The notes: generated by a model from the letters alone, not told the origin. Counted from the first letter of the stretch, positions 29,007 to 38,726 are shown. The stretch is 64,000 nucleotides of DNA from an uncultured Syntrophaceae bacterium (GCA_964558665.1 CAZLFA010000007.1:15266-79265); one strand, 5' to 3'. Translations and numbers: made by a program.

Positions 29007-30152
29007 ATGAAAGTAAGAGCTGATTTTCTTCCGCTGAACAGACCTTCCATAGGAAATGCAGAAATTGAAAGCGTCGTTGCCTGCCTGAAATCAGGGTGGA
29101 TCACGACAGGGCCTCAGTGCAGGACATTTGAGGGAAAATTCTGTGAACTGACGGGTGCCGCCCGCGCAGTAACGGTGACTTCAGCCACGGCAGGAATGCA
29201 CCTTCTTCTCATGGCAATGGGCATTGGGCCGGGTGACGAGGTTATAACCCCGTCCATGACTTTCGCCTCCACGGTAAACATGATTGCCATGCTGGGCGCC
29301 AGTCCGGTTTTTGTCGATGTTGAATACGATACACTGAACATCGATGCCGGACTTGTTGAACAGGCCGTTTCTGCCCGCACAAAGGCGATCATTCCTGTTC
29401 ATTTTGCCGGAGTGCCTGCTGACATGGACAGAATTACCGATATCGCGGACAGGCATAATGTTGCCGTTATCGAGGATGCCGCCCATGCCATCGGTACCTA
29501 TTATAAGGGTATCCATGCAGGAGGGTTCGGCAGGGAGGCCATATTTTCCTTCCACCCGATAAAGAATATCACAACCGGAGAGGGCGGACTGATTACCACA
29601 AGTAATGAGCAGTTGGAAAATCGCATCAGGCTGCTTCGGTTTCACGGTATCGAACGCGATGCCTGGAAGCGCTACGGAAAAGGGGGAAATCCCGATTACG
29701 ACATCATGCAGCCCGGCTTCAAGTACAACATGCCGGATATCCTGGCGGCGCTCGGTGTGGCGCAGCTCGCCCGGATGAAGGAATTAAACGGCCGCCGCGG
29801 GGAAATCGTCGATATTTACATGAACGGACTCAAGAATATTGACGGTCTGGAGTTGCCGGGTGTTCCGGTATACGATCATATTCATTCGCATCACCTCTTC
29901 ATCGTAAAAGTTATTTCCATGCAGCGCGAAAGTTTTATGGAAAAACTCTCAGAGTACAATATCGGATACGGACTTCATTTTCCGGCAACCCATCTTTTGC
30001 ACTACATCAGAAAAAAACAGGGTAGTGAGAAGACTGCGCTTCCGGAGACGGAAAGGGTGGCCGGGGCGATTATATCATTGCCCCTGTTTCCCGACATGAA
30101 GGATGATGACGCATATTATGTTTGCGATGCCATCCGCGATATATTAAAATGA
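29007..30152 (+). CDS. arnB: UDP-4-amino-4-deoxy-L-arabinose--oxoglutarate aminotransferase
   Basis: DFLPLNRPSIG N-terminus as in ArnB, with the PLP-lysine region FSFHPIKNITTGEGG. The GTG at 28998 (overlapping the arnT stop) is an alternative start. Confidence 0.88.
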   Translation: MKVRADFLPLNRPSIGNAEIESVVACLKSGWITTGPQCRTFEGKFCELTGAARAVTVTSATAGMHLLLMAMGIGPGDEVITPSMTFASTVNMIAMLGASPVFVDVEYDTLNIDAGLVEQAVSARTKAIIPVHFAGVPADMDRITDIADRHNVAVIEDAAHAIGTYYKGIHAGGFGREAIFSFHPIKNITTGEGGLITTSNEQLENRIRLLRFHGIERDAWKRYGKGGNPDYDIMQPGFKYNMPDILAALGVAQLARMKELNGRRGEIVDIYMNGLKNIDGLELPGVPVYDHIHSHHLFIVKVISMQRESFMEKLSEYNIGYGLHFPATHLLHYIRKKQGSEKTALPETERVAGAIISLPLFPDMKDDDAYYVCDAIRDILK

Positions 30153-30168
30153 GGCCAGGGAGAACGAC

Positions 30169-31131
30169 ATGGACCGCGAGGCTTTGATTTCCATAGTGAT
30201 ACCGGTTTTCAACGAGCAGGACAACCTGCACGCCCTCATGGAGCGCCTCCTCAGAGTTATGAGGGGAATGAAAAGGAGTTTTGAGATCATCCTGATCGAT
30301 GACGGCAGCAGGGACGGCTCCCTGAAGATTCTTGAAGGATTCGCCGTGGAGCCGGAAGTCAAGGTGGTGGAGCTGACAAGAAATTACGGGCAGCATGCCG
30401 CCATCCTGGCCGGTTTTTCCGTAGTGAAGGGCGGCATTGTCATTACCATGGACGCAGACCTGCAGAATCCTCCCGAGGAGATACCAGGGCTTGTCGGCGT
30501 AATGGAGGAGGGGGGGTATGATGTTGTCGGCACGATCCGTAAAGGGCGACAAGACTCTATTTTCAGGATCATTCCTTCCAAGATTATAAATATGGTCGCC
30601 AGGAAAATAACAGGCGTGGATATGCACGACTGGGGATGCATGCTCAGGGCATACCGGCGCCCAGTCGTCGAGCGCATGATAACATGCCATGAACACGCAA
30701 CATTCATTCCCGCTCTGGCAACTTATTTCGGTAAAAGGGTTACCGAGATCGAGGTGAGTCACGATGAACGCTTCGGAGGTGTCTCCAACTATCCCCTGAG
30801 AAAGCTGATCAATCTTCAATTTGACCTGGTGGCCTCTTTTTCAGAGCTGCCGATGAAGATGCTTATGTATGGAGGGATCGCCATGGCATGCACAGGGGTC
30901 TGCTTCGGTCTTTTCCTTGCGTGGGCGCGGCTGGTTTACGGAGCTCTCTGGGCCGCCCAGGGGGTCTTTACGCTTTTTGCCGTGCTGTTTGTGTTTGTCG
31001 GACTTCAGTTTTTCGCCTTCGGGGTTATCGGCGAATATATCGGCCGCATCTACAGAGAAGTCAGGAAGCGTCCTGAATATGTCATTGAGAGGATTATCTC
31101 CTCCGAAGACAAGCCCGGAGCTGAAGCATGA
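30169..31131 (+). CDS. arnC: Undecaprenyl-phosphate 4-deoxy-4-formamido-L-arabinose transferase (GT2)
   Basis: Long collinear similarity to E. coli ArnC: RNYGQHAAILAGF, DADLQNPPEEIP, GCMLRAYRR, FIPALA and the C-terminal two-TM tail GEYIGRIY. Confidence 0.92.
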   Translation: MDREALISIVIPVFNEQDNLHALMERLLRVMRGMKRSFEIILIDDGSRDGSLKILEGFAVEPEVKVVELTRNYGQHAAILAGFSVVKGGIVITMDADLQNPPEEIPGLVGVMEEGGYDVVGTIRKGRQDSIFRIIPSKIINMVARKITGVDMHDWGCMLRAYRRPVVERMITCHEHATFIPALATYFGKRVTEIEVSHDERFGGVSNYPLRKLINLQFDLVASFSELPMKMLMYGGIAMACTGVCFGLFLAWARLVYGALWAAQGVFTLFAVLFVFVGLQFFAFGVIGEYIGRIYREVRKRPEYVIERIISSEDKPGAEA

Positions 31132-32051
31132 GGGCGGTGGTTTTTGCTTATCACGACATGGGGCTTGCCGGTCTTGAGTCTCTTGCGGAGGCATCCATAG
31201 ATATTGCCGCAGTCTTTTCTCATGAGGATGACCCGGGAGAAAACTGCTGGTTCGGTTCCGTTGTACAATGGGCAAAAGAGAGGCGGATTCCGGTATTCTG
31301 TCCGGAAGATGTAAATGAAAAGAAATGGATTCAGCACATCAGCGATGTAAAACCGGATCTGATTTTTTCGTTCTATTACCGCAGAATGATCAGTCAGGAT
31401 ATCCTGGATGCAGCAAAATCCGGGGCGTATAATCTTCACGGGTCTCTTCTGCCCGCATTCCGGGGAAGGGCGCCGGTAAACTGGGTGCTGGTCAAGGGGG
31501 AAAAAACAACGGGTGTGACCCTCCATCATATGGTAAAAAAAGCGGATGCTGGCGATATTGTCGGTCAGCGCGAGGTGGCGATCGATTTTCCCGATACTGC
31601 CGTGACCCTTTACAGAAAACTGTGCGGAGCCTCCCGGCTTCTTCTCCGGGAGTTGCTGCCTCTTATCAAAGAGGGAAGGGCGCCCCGCATAAGGCAGGAC
31701 CTGAACAAAGGATCCTATTATGGAGGCCGCAAACCGCAGGATGGCTGCATTGACTGGCAGTGGCCGGCGGTCAGGATCTACAATCTGGTCAGGGCAGTGA
31801 CGGATCCCTACCCGGGAGCGTTTGCCTTTATGCCGGATGGGGAGAAAATATTTGTCTGGCGGGCTTTGCCGGAAGAGAGCGGAACGAAGAAAACAAAGCC
31901 GGGAAAGGTGCTGCTTGAGGGAGAAAGCGTCTTTGTTGCGACAGGTGAGGGAAGGATAAGGCTGCATGATATAAGCGTAGCGGGAGTCCGGATGGACGGC
32001 GTGCGCATTTTTCAATATTTCGAAGACAAGGAAGGAATTGAACTGAAATGA
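31128..32051 (+). CDS. arnA: UDP-Ara4N formyltransferase (stand-alone ArnA N-terminal domain)
   Basis: MRAVVFAYHDMGLAGLESL..., NLHGSLLPAFRGRAPVNWVLVKGEKTTGVTLHHMVKKADAGDIV and VRAVTDPYPGAF match the E. coli ArnA formyltransferase half. The ORF ends where the E. coli protein continues. Confidence 0.9.
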   Translation: MRAVVFAYHDMGLAGLESLAEASIDIAAVFSHEDDPGENCWFGSVVQWAKERRIPVFCPEDVNEKKWIQHISDVKPDLIFSFYYRRMISQDILDAAKSGAYNLHGSLLPAFRGRAPVNWVLVKGEKTTGVTLHHMVKKADAGDIVGQREVAIDFPDTAVTLYRKLCGASRLLLRELLPLIKEGRAPRIRQDLNKGSYYGGRKPQDGCIDWQWPAVRIYNLVRAVTDPYPGAFAFMPDGEKIFVWRALPEESGTKKTKPGKVLLEGESVFVATGEGRIRLHDISVAGVRMDGVRIFQYFEDKEGIELK

Positions 32052-33076
32052 AGATTCTCATTCTCGGAGTTAACGGGTTTATCGGACACCATTTAACAAA
32101 CCGCATCCTTGACGTCACGGATTGGACTGTTTACGGCATGGATCTGGCGAATGACCGTTTAGGTAAGGCGCTGAACAATCCGCGCTTCAATTTTCTTGAG
32201 GGCGATATTGCCATCAACAAGGAGTGGATAGAGTATCATGTGAAGAAGTGCGACGTGGTCATGCCCCTCGTCGCCATTGCGACGCCGAAGTTGTACGTTG
32301 AAGATCCGATCGGCGTTTTTGAACTCGATTTTGAAATGAACCTTAATGTCGTAAAACAGTGCGTCAAGTACCGCAAGCGCGTCGTCTTTCCGTCGACATC
32401 GGAGGTTTACGGCGCCTGCAGCGACCCGGAATTCAAGGAGGATGAAAGCTTTCTGGTGGTCGGACCCATTCAAAAGGAGCGCTGGATATACTCCTGCTGC
32501 AAGCAGCTTCTGGACAGGGTGATTTATGCCTATGGCACCAGAGGGCAGCTTGAGTTTACCCTGTTTCGCCCCTTCAACTGGGTAGGCCCCCGCCTTGATT
32601 CCCTCTATGCCGCCAAGGAGGGCAGCTCCCGTGTTGTCACGCAGTTCATCGCCGAGCTGCTGCTGAAGCGTCCGATTACCCTTGTGGACGGCGGCCATCA
32701 GAAAAGGTGTTTCACATATGTTGACGACGGGATATCCGCTCTAGTGAAAATTCTGGAAAACAAAAACGATGTCTGCAAGAATCAAATCATCAACATCGGC
32801 AATCCTGTCAATGAGTGTTCGGTCAAGGATCTTGCCCTGCTTCTGAAAAAGCTTTTCATGGAACACCCGGAACACCTCAAAGATCCGGTCTATTCCGAAA
32901 TCATTGAGGTTCCGTCCGACACTTATTACGGAAAGGGCTACCAGGATATATATACAAGAAAGCCGAGCATAGAAAACGCCAGGAAACTCCTCGGCTGGGA
33001 ACCCGTGGTCGGCCTGGAGGATTCGATGAGAATGACTCTGCACTCTTTCCTCGAAGAGAACAAGCAGGACATGTAG
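32048..33076 (+). CDS. arnA: UDP-glucuronate oxidative decarboxylase (stand-alone ArnA C-terminal domain)
   Basis: ILILGVNGFIGHHLT, EWIEYHVKKCDVVMPLVAIATP, FPSTSEVYG and FTLFRPFNWVGPRLD match the ArnA dehydrogenase half. ATGA overlap with the preceding formyltransferase gene. Confidence 0.9.
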   Translation: MKILILGVNGFIGHHLTNRILDVTDWTVYGMDLANDRLGKALNNPRFNFLEGDIAINKEWIEYHVKKCDVVMPLVAIATPKLYVEDPIGVFELDFEMNLNVVKQCVKYRKRVVFPSTSEVYGACSDPEFKEDESFLVVGPIQKERWIYSCCKQLLDRVIYAYGTRGQLEFTLFRPFNWVGPRLDSLYAAKEGSSRVVTQFIAELLLKRPITLVDGGHQKRCFTYVDDGISALVKILENKNDVCKNQIINIGNPVNECSVKDLALLLKKLFMEHPEHLKDPVYSEIIEVPSDTYYGKGYQDIYTRKPSIENARKLLGWEPVVGLEDSMRMTLHSFLEENKQDM

Positions 33077-33105
33077 CAGGAATATCTTGTCCTCATGGTG
33101 TCCCT

Positions 33106-33966
33106 ATGGAAAAGACAGTCGGCCTGAAGATTGATGTGGATACCTACCAGGGAATGAAGAAGGGCGTGCCGCGTCTTCTTTCCATTCTCGATGAGGCCGG
33201 TATCAGGGGTACGTTCTATCTGAGTATCGGTCCCGATGCCTCAGGCCGCGCTTTATTGCAGTTGATAAAGAACCCGCGCTTCCTGAAAAAGATGATACGC
33301 ACGAATGCACCGGGACTTTACGGCTTCAGGACAGTGTTCTACGGCACGCTTCTTCCTTCCCCGATGATTGCCCTATCTTTCCCGGAGCTTGTACGGCGGA
33401 TTATCGATCTCGGCCATGAGGTGCAGTTCCACGCCTGGGACCACCGGCGCTGGCAGGATGAACTGGGAAGCAGGTCTTCGGAATGGATTAAAGACTGGTT
33501 CGGCAGAGGCGTTGAGGCGTTTAAGGGACTGACAGGAGTGATGCCGGCGTCATTCGGAGCGCCGGCCTGGCTGATAGATGACAGGGTGCTGGAGATCGTG
33601 CGGGCATATGGCTTTTCTTATCTGAGCTGCACGCGGGCAAAGAGGCCGTTCATCCACGCCGGTTTGGGAGTGCCTGAGATTCCCTCCGATCTTCCCTGTT
33701 TTGAAGAGACGGGAGTTGAACAGGGAAAGGCAATGATCACATCCATCATCGATAAAGGTGGATTGCATGTATTGCCTGTTCATGCCGAAGCGGAAGGCGG
33801 CATATGGGATGGTCATTTCATTGAACTCCTCGGCAGGCTGAAGTCCTCGGGATGCAGCTTTAAAACCCTGTCCCGGATCCTGGAAACTCTGTCCGTGAAT
33901 GAACTGGAAACAAGAAAGTACAGGATGGAGCTGCTGCCGGGGAGGTCTGTACCGTGCGCAGTTTAG
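33106..33966 (+). CDS. arnD: 4-deoxy-4-formamido-L-arabinose-phosphoundecaprenol deformylase
   Basis: VGLKIDVDTYQGMKKGVPRLLSILDEAGIRGTFYLSIGPD and HAWDH parallel E. coli ArnD (polysaccharide deacetylase fold). Confidence 0.88.
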   Translation: MEKTVGLKIDVDTYQGMKKGVPRLLSILDEAGIRGTFYLSIGPDASGRALLQLIKNPRFLKKMIRTNAPGLYGFRTVFYGTLLPSPMIALSFPELVRRIIDLGHEVQFHAWDHRRWQDELGSRSSEWIKDWFGRGVEAFKGLTGVMPASFGAPAWLIDDRVLEIVRAYGFSYLSCTRAKRPFIHAGLGVPEIPSDLPCFEETGVEQGKAMITSIIDKGGLHVLPVHAEAEGGIWDGHFIELLGRLKSSGCSFKTLSRILETLSVNELETRKYRMELLPGRSVPCAV

Positions 33967-33990
33967 AGGGAATATAGAGGAACAGATCTC

Positions 33991-35772
33991 ATGAAGGATC
34001 ATACTAAGAAAATACAGATGGCAGACACTGAAAAGAGACCGGCATTCAACAGCGCGCTGCAGAACATAGTCAAATCCCTCATCGACAAGGGGCTGACAAC
34101 GGAATCGGAATTGAATGCCTCCTGGGAGGACATGCAGCGCTCTCAGAAGTCTCTGGAGGATATGCTGATTGAAAAGTACAACATATCAAAAGACGATATG
34201 GGAGAGTTCCTCAACGAGTTTTATCAGTGCCGCTTTGTCGAGTATGACGAGAACAAGACGGTTCCCAACGACCTCTTGAAGAATCTGAAGTATGATTTCC
34301 TGAAGCGCGAATTGTGGGTGCCTCTGGAAAGCGCCGGCGAAACGATCGTTGTCATGGTGGACGACCCCAGCAACATACTGAAGCGCGACACGATAGAGAA
34401 CCTTCTGAAGACGAAAGAGGTTGAATACTGCGTTGCGCTGAAAAGCGACATCCTGAAAACCATAAACCATTTTTTTGATCCCGACAGAAACCTCCCGCCT
34501 CTGACAACGGCGCCGGGTTTGAACGGCGCCGCTAAGAAAAGTTCGGGGAAGAATACCGTGATCTCCGAATCAGACAGCACCATCGTCAATCTGGTGAACC
34601 GTGTAATCAATGAGGCTTTCGAGCGCAGGGCGTCCGACATCCATATCGAACCGGATACGAAGGATCAAACGGTCAATATACGCTTCCGCATCGACGGCGA
34701 ATGCATCCCCTACAAGTCTTATCCCTACGACTACAAAGCGGCAATTGTATCCAGGATCAAGATCATGTCCAACCTGGACATTACGGAAAGAAGGCTGCCG
34801 CAGGATGGGAAGATAAGATTCAAGAGGCCGAATGCGGAGGAAATCGAGCTCAGGGTTGCCACCCTGCCCACGCACGGCTACGTAGAGGATGTGGTGCTGC
34901 GCATTCTTACCAGGGGGCAGATAATGACCCTTGACCAGTTGAACATGCCGCCGCAGACTTATGACAGTTTTATGAGGATACTGAAAAATCCGTACGGGCT
35001 GATCCTGCTCGTCGGTCCCACAGGTTCCGGGAAGACGACGACGGCGCATGCCGCGCTGCATGTCATCAACAAGCCGAATACAAAGATATGGACGGCGGAA
35101 GACCCCGTGGAGATAACCCAGCAGGGCATCCGCCAGGTGCAGATGCATCACAAGATAGGCCTGGATTTCAGCAGCGCCATGCGCGCCTTTCTCCGGGCAG
35201 ATCCCGATGTGATTCTCGTCGGCGAGATGAGGGATTACGAAACCGCCAAGATGGGAGTGGAGGCGTCAACAACCGGGCATCTGGTGCTGAGCACGCTGCA
35301 CACCAACAATGCGCCGGAAACGATAGTCAGACTTCTCGACATGGGGATAGACCCGTTCGCTTTCTCGGATTCACTGCTGTGCGTTCTTGCCCAGAGGCTG
35401 GTGAGAAGATTGTGTCCGCGCTGCAAGGAACCGTATCATCCCTCCCGGGGACAGTATCAGGAGATTGTGCAAAGTTACGGAGAGAAACAGTTCGCCGCGC
35501 TTAGTTCTGCGTATAGCGACGATATGACGCTGTACAGGGCAAAAGGCTGCCGGGACTGCACAAACACGGGATTCCGCGGAATGATGGGACTGTTTGAGCT
35601 GCTGATCGTTTCGGAAAATGTCAAGCAGACGATCATAACGAAAAAATCCATTCCGGCATTGCGCAAGATTGCCGTTGCCGAAGGCATGAGGACCTTGATG
35701 CAGGACGGCATTTCCAAGGTGCTGGCCGGAGAAACGGAACTGGTGGAAGTCCTGAGCGTCTGCATGCGCTGA
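33991..35772 (+). CDS. GspE/PilB-family type II/IV secretion ATPase (no partner secretion genes in the window)
   Basis: Walker A LLVGPTGSGKTTT, Asp-box/Walker B ILVGEMRD, His-box LVLSTLHTN, tetracysteine CPRC...CRDC and an N-terminal T2SSE_N-like helical domain. Confidence 0.88.
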   Translation: MKDHTKKIQMADTEKRPAFNSALQNIVKSLIDKGLTTESELNASWEDMQRSQKSLEDMLIEKYNISKDDMGEFLNEFYQCRFVEYDENKTVPNDLLKNLKYDFLKRELWVPLESAGETIVVMVDDPSNILKRDTIENLLKTKEVEYCVALKSDILKTINHFFDPDRNLPPLTTAPGLNGAAKKSSGKNTVISESDSTIVNLVNRVINEAFERRASDIHIEPDTKDQTVNIRFRIDGECIPYKSYPYDYKAAIVSRIKIMSNLDITERRLPQDGKIRFKRPNAEEIELRVATLPTHGYVEDVVLRILTRGQIMTLDQLNMPPQTYDSFMRILKNPYGLILLVGPTGSGKTTTAHAALHVINKPNTKIWTAEDPVEITQQGIRQVQMHHKIGLDFSSAMRAFLRADPDVILVGEMRDYETAKMGVEASTTGHLVLSTLHTNNAPETIVRLLDMGIDPFAFSDSLLCVLAQRLVRRLCPRCKEPYHPSRGQYQEIVQSYGEKQFAALSSAYSDDMTLYRAKGCRDCTNTGFRGMMGLFELLIVSENVKQTIITKKSIPALRKIAVAEGMRTLMQDGISKVLAGETELVEVLSVCMR

Positions 35773-35801
35773 CAGGGATACATGTAAGGAGGATTAGACC
35801 C

Positions 35802-38720
35802 ATGATGTTTAAAACAAGCCTTTTTTCGTTTCTTGTAAGTCTCTTGCTTCTCCTTCCTTCTCCCGCATATCCATGGGGTTCTCTCGTGCCGGCAGAGACG
35901 CATCAGTACATAATCCATGCGGCTTACGACCGTCTGAAAGCAGACCCGGCCTTTGCCACGCATTTGTTCCCCTCCGTCAATGCTATTTTGGGACACGAGG
36001 GCGTAGAGTGGACCATCGGGTCCGCGGTAAAAGGAGGCTCAGACTACGCGCCTGTCGGGCTGTCAGGCGTGGGCCCCGATGCAAGCGGCATGTCGAAATA
36101 CTCTGAGCACTATTACAATCCCATCATCCAGGAGGGTAACGGCCCTGATGCGGCAGCACGCTATTTCAAGGTTCTTGTGCAGCAAAACCTGACCGGCAAC
36201 AAAGGCCGCGAAGCAAGCGGAAAAGCGGCGGCTTACAGCGCTCACTTTCTGGCCGACATGTTTGTTCCCTATCATGTAATCGGTTCCTCGCGGGCCACTG
36301 CTGAAAAAATCTATAAAGAGCAGACAGCAAAACATCCCGGTGAAATAAATCTGGGGCAAAACATTGTCGGATCTTACAAACTCTCCTATCTCACTCCATT
36401 CAAAGGGGGAAACCCGAACTTTCATACCGAAATGTTCCGGGTTGTCAAAAAGACCGATCCTGCCGAGGTGGACTGGTTTGATCCATGGTACTTCAACGGC
36501 AATTCTGAAGCCATGATGATCAAGACATCAAGCCATGTGGCCTGGGAAGCCTTTCCAAACGGCGCAACAATGATCTCTGTTCATAACCGGGCAGGCAAGG
36601 GGCTTCCCGGATACGATCCCAACTGGAAGAACGCTCCCGTCAGCGGATTTAACACGAACCTCTGGGACGAACAGGCCAGGCAGGTACAGAAAATCGCTCT
36701 TCTGTCGGCAGCAGAAACGCGCAACCGTCTTGAAAGCTACTACGAAGACCCGACACCGGCTCTGGCAAACACCATCCAGACAGTCTATACCATGTGGCGT
36801 GCATCCTTTTCGGGACTGCGCCCGGCCATCGAATATCAGCCCGATGGACCAAACAGATACAAAGTCACCGGCAAAATAGCCAATCAGGCCAGCGGCAGTG
36901 TTAAATCACTGAAAGTAAGACTTACAGCTATAGACTGTACTGTATCCAACCGGCAGGACAAGGCTATTGACCATGTAGCCGCCGGAAGGACAGGCAATAC
37001 GACACCCTGGCAGGTGACAACATCCGACAAGCTCTGCCGCCTCAAGCTGGAAGTGATAGGGAGCTATGAGATACCGGACCTGCAGTACGCGGCCGTGGAG
37101 CGGACCTTTTTCCCACAGCAGGTGAAGGAAACTGTCAAAGCCAAACCGCAAGAACCGATTGCCCAGGATATACCGGATATGAATGAAGTATGGGTTCTGG
37201 ATAAATTTGAAAAGAACGATAAAAAAGCCAAACCCGAAGCAAAAAGCAACTACAGAAAAAATGTGTCATCATCTTACGGAACTGATTCGATGAACGTTAC
37301 TGCCGAAACCTGGCAAGAAACAGATCGCATATGGGTGCTGAACGAAAAAGGAGAGAGGAGAACCTTCGATCCAAAGGAACCGAGAGTAATTAAAACAAAA
37401 ATCCGGGGAAGCTGGACACCTTTTCCCCGCGTTTTTAAGGAGGGAGACAAATTCACCATTAGTTGCAGACTGGATATTTCGAAATCAGACTCCTACGATA
37501 AAATAAAACAAGCCCCGGAGGAAAAACAGCCGGCCTGGCTGGGTTTGAGCAAACCCATATTTGCCAGCATAGAGGTGCGGGAAGCCCGCTGGCACTTCCA
37601 GTGTCAATGCACCAATCTGAAGCCGGCATGCACAAAAACGGTAATCCTGAAGGGAGCCGATGCTGACTGGGGATATGTTGTTACGGCAAAAGCAATGGGA
37701 TCAGAAACAGAACAGACATACCGTTATAAGTACCGGGGAAACCGGAAAGGCGCCGCTAAAAGAACCGAACTTAAGGACACCACTCCCGGCGGGCAAGTTG
37801 CAGCCCAGCCCCAAGCCTCTGATTCATCCCCTGCTCCGGCAAGCGCCACTCCGGCCAGGGAACCCGAAGCATCCGGGGATTCGGCTGACAGTTCAGGCAA
37901 GATGCCTGCGGGAGGCATTCCCCCGGCCGATGCACCGCCGCTTGAAGAGGTACAGGCCCTGGTCGATCGCGGCGACTACCGCGGCGCCTTTGACGCGGCC
38001 AACAGGCTGATTGCGAAATCGCCGCGCAGTTCCGAGGCACATCGTCTGCGCGCCAATGCCGGCCGCAACCTGGGAAATCTGAAAGCCGCACTTGAGGATG
38101 CCAACATGGCTGTTGAACTTGACCCTTCCAATTGCCGTGCCCTCGGGGGGCGTGCGGCGGTCAGGCGAGCGCTTAAAGACTCTTCCGGTGCGATGGCCGA
38201 TATCAACAAGGCTCTCGCGCTCAATCCCCTTTACCATCAGGGCCACGACTCGCGTGCGCAGCTTCTCCTGGAAGCGGGCGATCTTTCCGGGGCGCTTGCC
38301 TCCTCAAACCGCGCCGTTGAACTGAGTCCGCAAACGATCATGTACATTGTCCGTCGCGCAACCATTTACAGGAACCTGAAGAATTATGCGGCCGCAATCG
38401 CGGACCTTAACCGCGTTATTGCGATCAGCCCGAAGTCGCCGGAACCATACTTTCAGCGGGGGCTGGTGCGACTGGAACAGAAACGATGGGACGATGTAAT
38501 AGCAGATAACACGAAAGCGCTCGGACTCAATATAACCAACGCCGCCGGTGCATACAACAATCGCGGCCTGGCCTATAAATATAAGGGGATGATCAACGAA
38601 GCCCGCCGGGATTTCACTCATGCCTTGGAGATAAAGCCCAACGACAGTATTGCCAAAGGCAACCTTGAGCGTCTCAACAAGTTGCCTGCCGGTGCAGGTC
38701 GATCCCCGGTAAAACAGTAA
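35802..38720 (+). CDS. Secreted multidomain protein: zinc-dependent phospholipase C-like domain + unknown central region + Pro/Ala/Ser linker + C-terminal TPR array
   Basis: Signal peptide MMFKTSLFSFLVSLLLLLPSPAYP followed by W. PLC-like zinc-ligand motifs: WG..ETHQYIIH, SEHYYNP, AHFLADMFVPYH, SSHVAWEAF. Low-complexity QPQASDSSPAPASATPAREPEASGDS at about 37.79-37.93 kb. About 7 TPR-like repeats from about 37.94 kb. Confidence 0.7.
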   Translation: MMFKTSLFSFLVSLLLLLPSPAYPWGSLVPAETHQYIIHAAYDRLKADPAFATHLFPSVNAILGHEGVEWTIGSAVKGGSDYAPVGLSGVGPDASGMSKYSEHYYNPIIQEGNGPDAAARYFKVLVQQNLTGNKGREASGKAAAYSAHFLADMFVPYHVIGSSRATAEKIYKEQTAKHPGEINLGQNIVGSYKLSYLTPFKGGNPNFHTEMFRVVKKTDPAEVDWFDPWYFNGNSEAMMIKTSSHVAWEAFPNGATMISVHNRAGKGLPGYDPNWKNAPVSGFNTNLWDEQARQVQKIALLSAAETRNRLESYYEDPTPALANTIQTVYTMWRASFSGLRPAIEYQPDGPNRYKVTGKIANQASGSVKSLKVRLTAIDCTVSNRQDKAIDHVAAGRTGNTTPWQVTTSDKLCRLKLEVIGSYEIPDLQYAAVERTFFPQQVKETVKAKPQEPIAQDIPDMNEVWVLDKFEKNDKKAKPEAKSNYRKNVSSSYGTDSMNVTAETWQETDRIWVLNEKGERRTFDPKEPRVIKTKIRGSWTPFPRVFKEGDKFTISCRLDISKSDSYDKIKQAPEEKQPAWLGLSKPIFASIEVREARWHFQCQCTNLKPACTKTVILKGADADWGYVVTAKAMGSETEQTYRYKYRGNRKGAAKRTELKDTTPGGQVAAQPQASDSSPAPASATPAREPEASGDSADSSGKMPAGGIPPADAPPLEEVQALVDRGDYRGAFDAANRLIAKSPRSSEAHRLRANAGRNLGNLKAALEDANMAVELDPSNCRALGGRAAVRRALKDSSGAMADINKALALNPLYHQGHDSRAQLLLEAGDLSGALASSNRAVELSPQTIMYIVRRATIYRNLKNYAAAIADLNRVIAISPKSPEPYFQRGLVRLEQKRWDDVIADNTKALGLNITNAAGAYNNRGLAYKYKGMINEARRDFTHALEIKPNDSIAKGNLERLNKLPAGAGRSPVKQ

Positions 38721-38726
38721 CCTGCC

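Noticed and set aside
34030-34230. An MshEN-type c-di-GMP binding motif in the N-terminus of the GspE-like ATPase, which would link it to the HD-GYP gene.
   Set aside because: The segments NIVKSLIDKGLTTESELNASWEDMQ and SLEDMLIEKYNISKDDMGEFLNEF keep the hydrophobic spacing. They lack the key Arg, Gly and Gln of the 24-residue RLGxxLLxxGLLxxxxLxxxLxxQ motif, so the evidence is insufficient.
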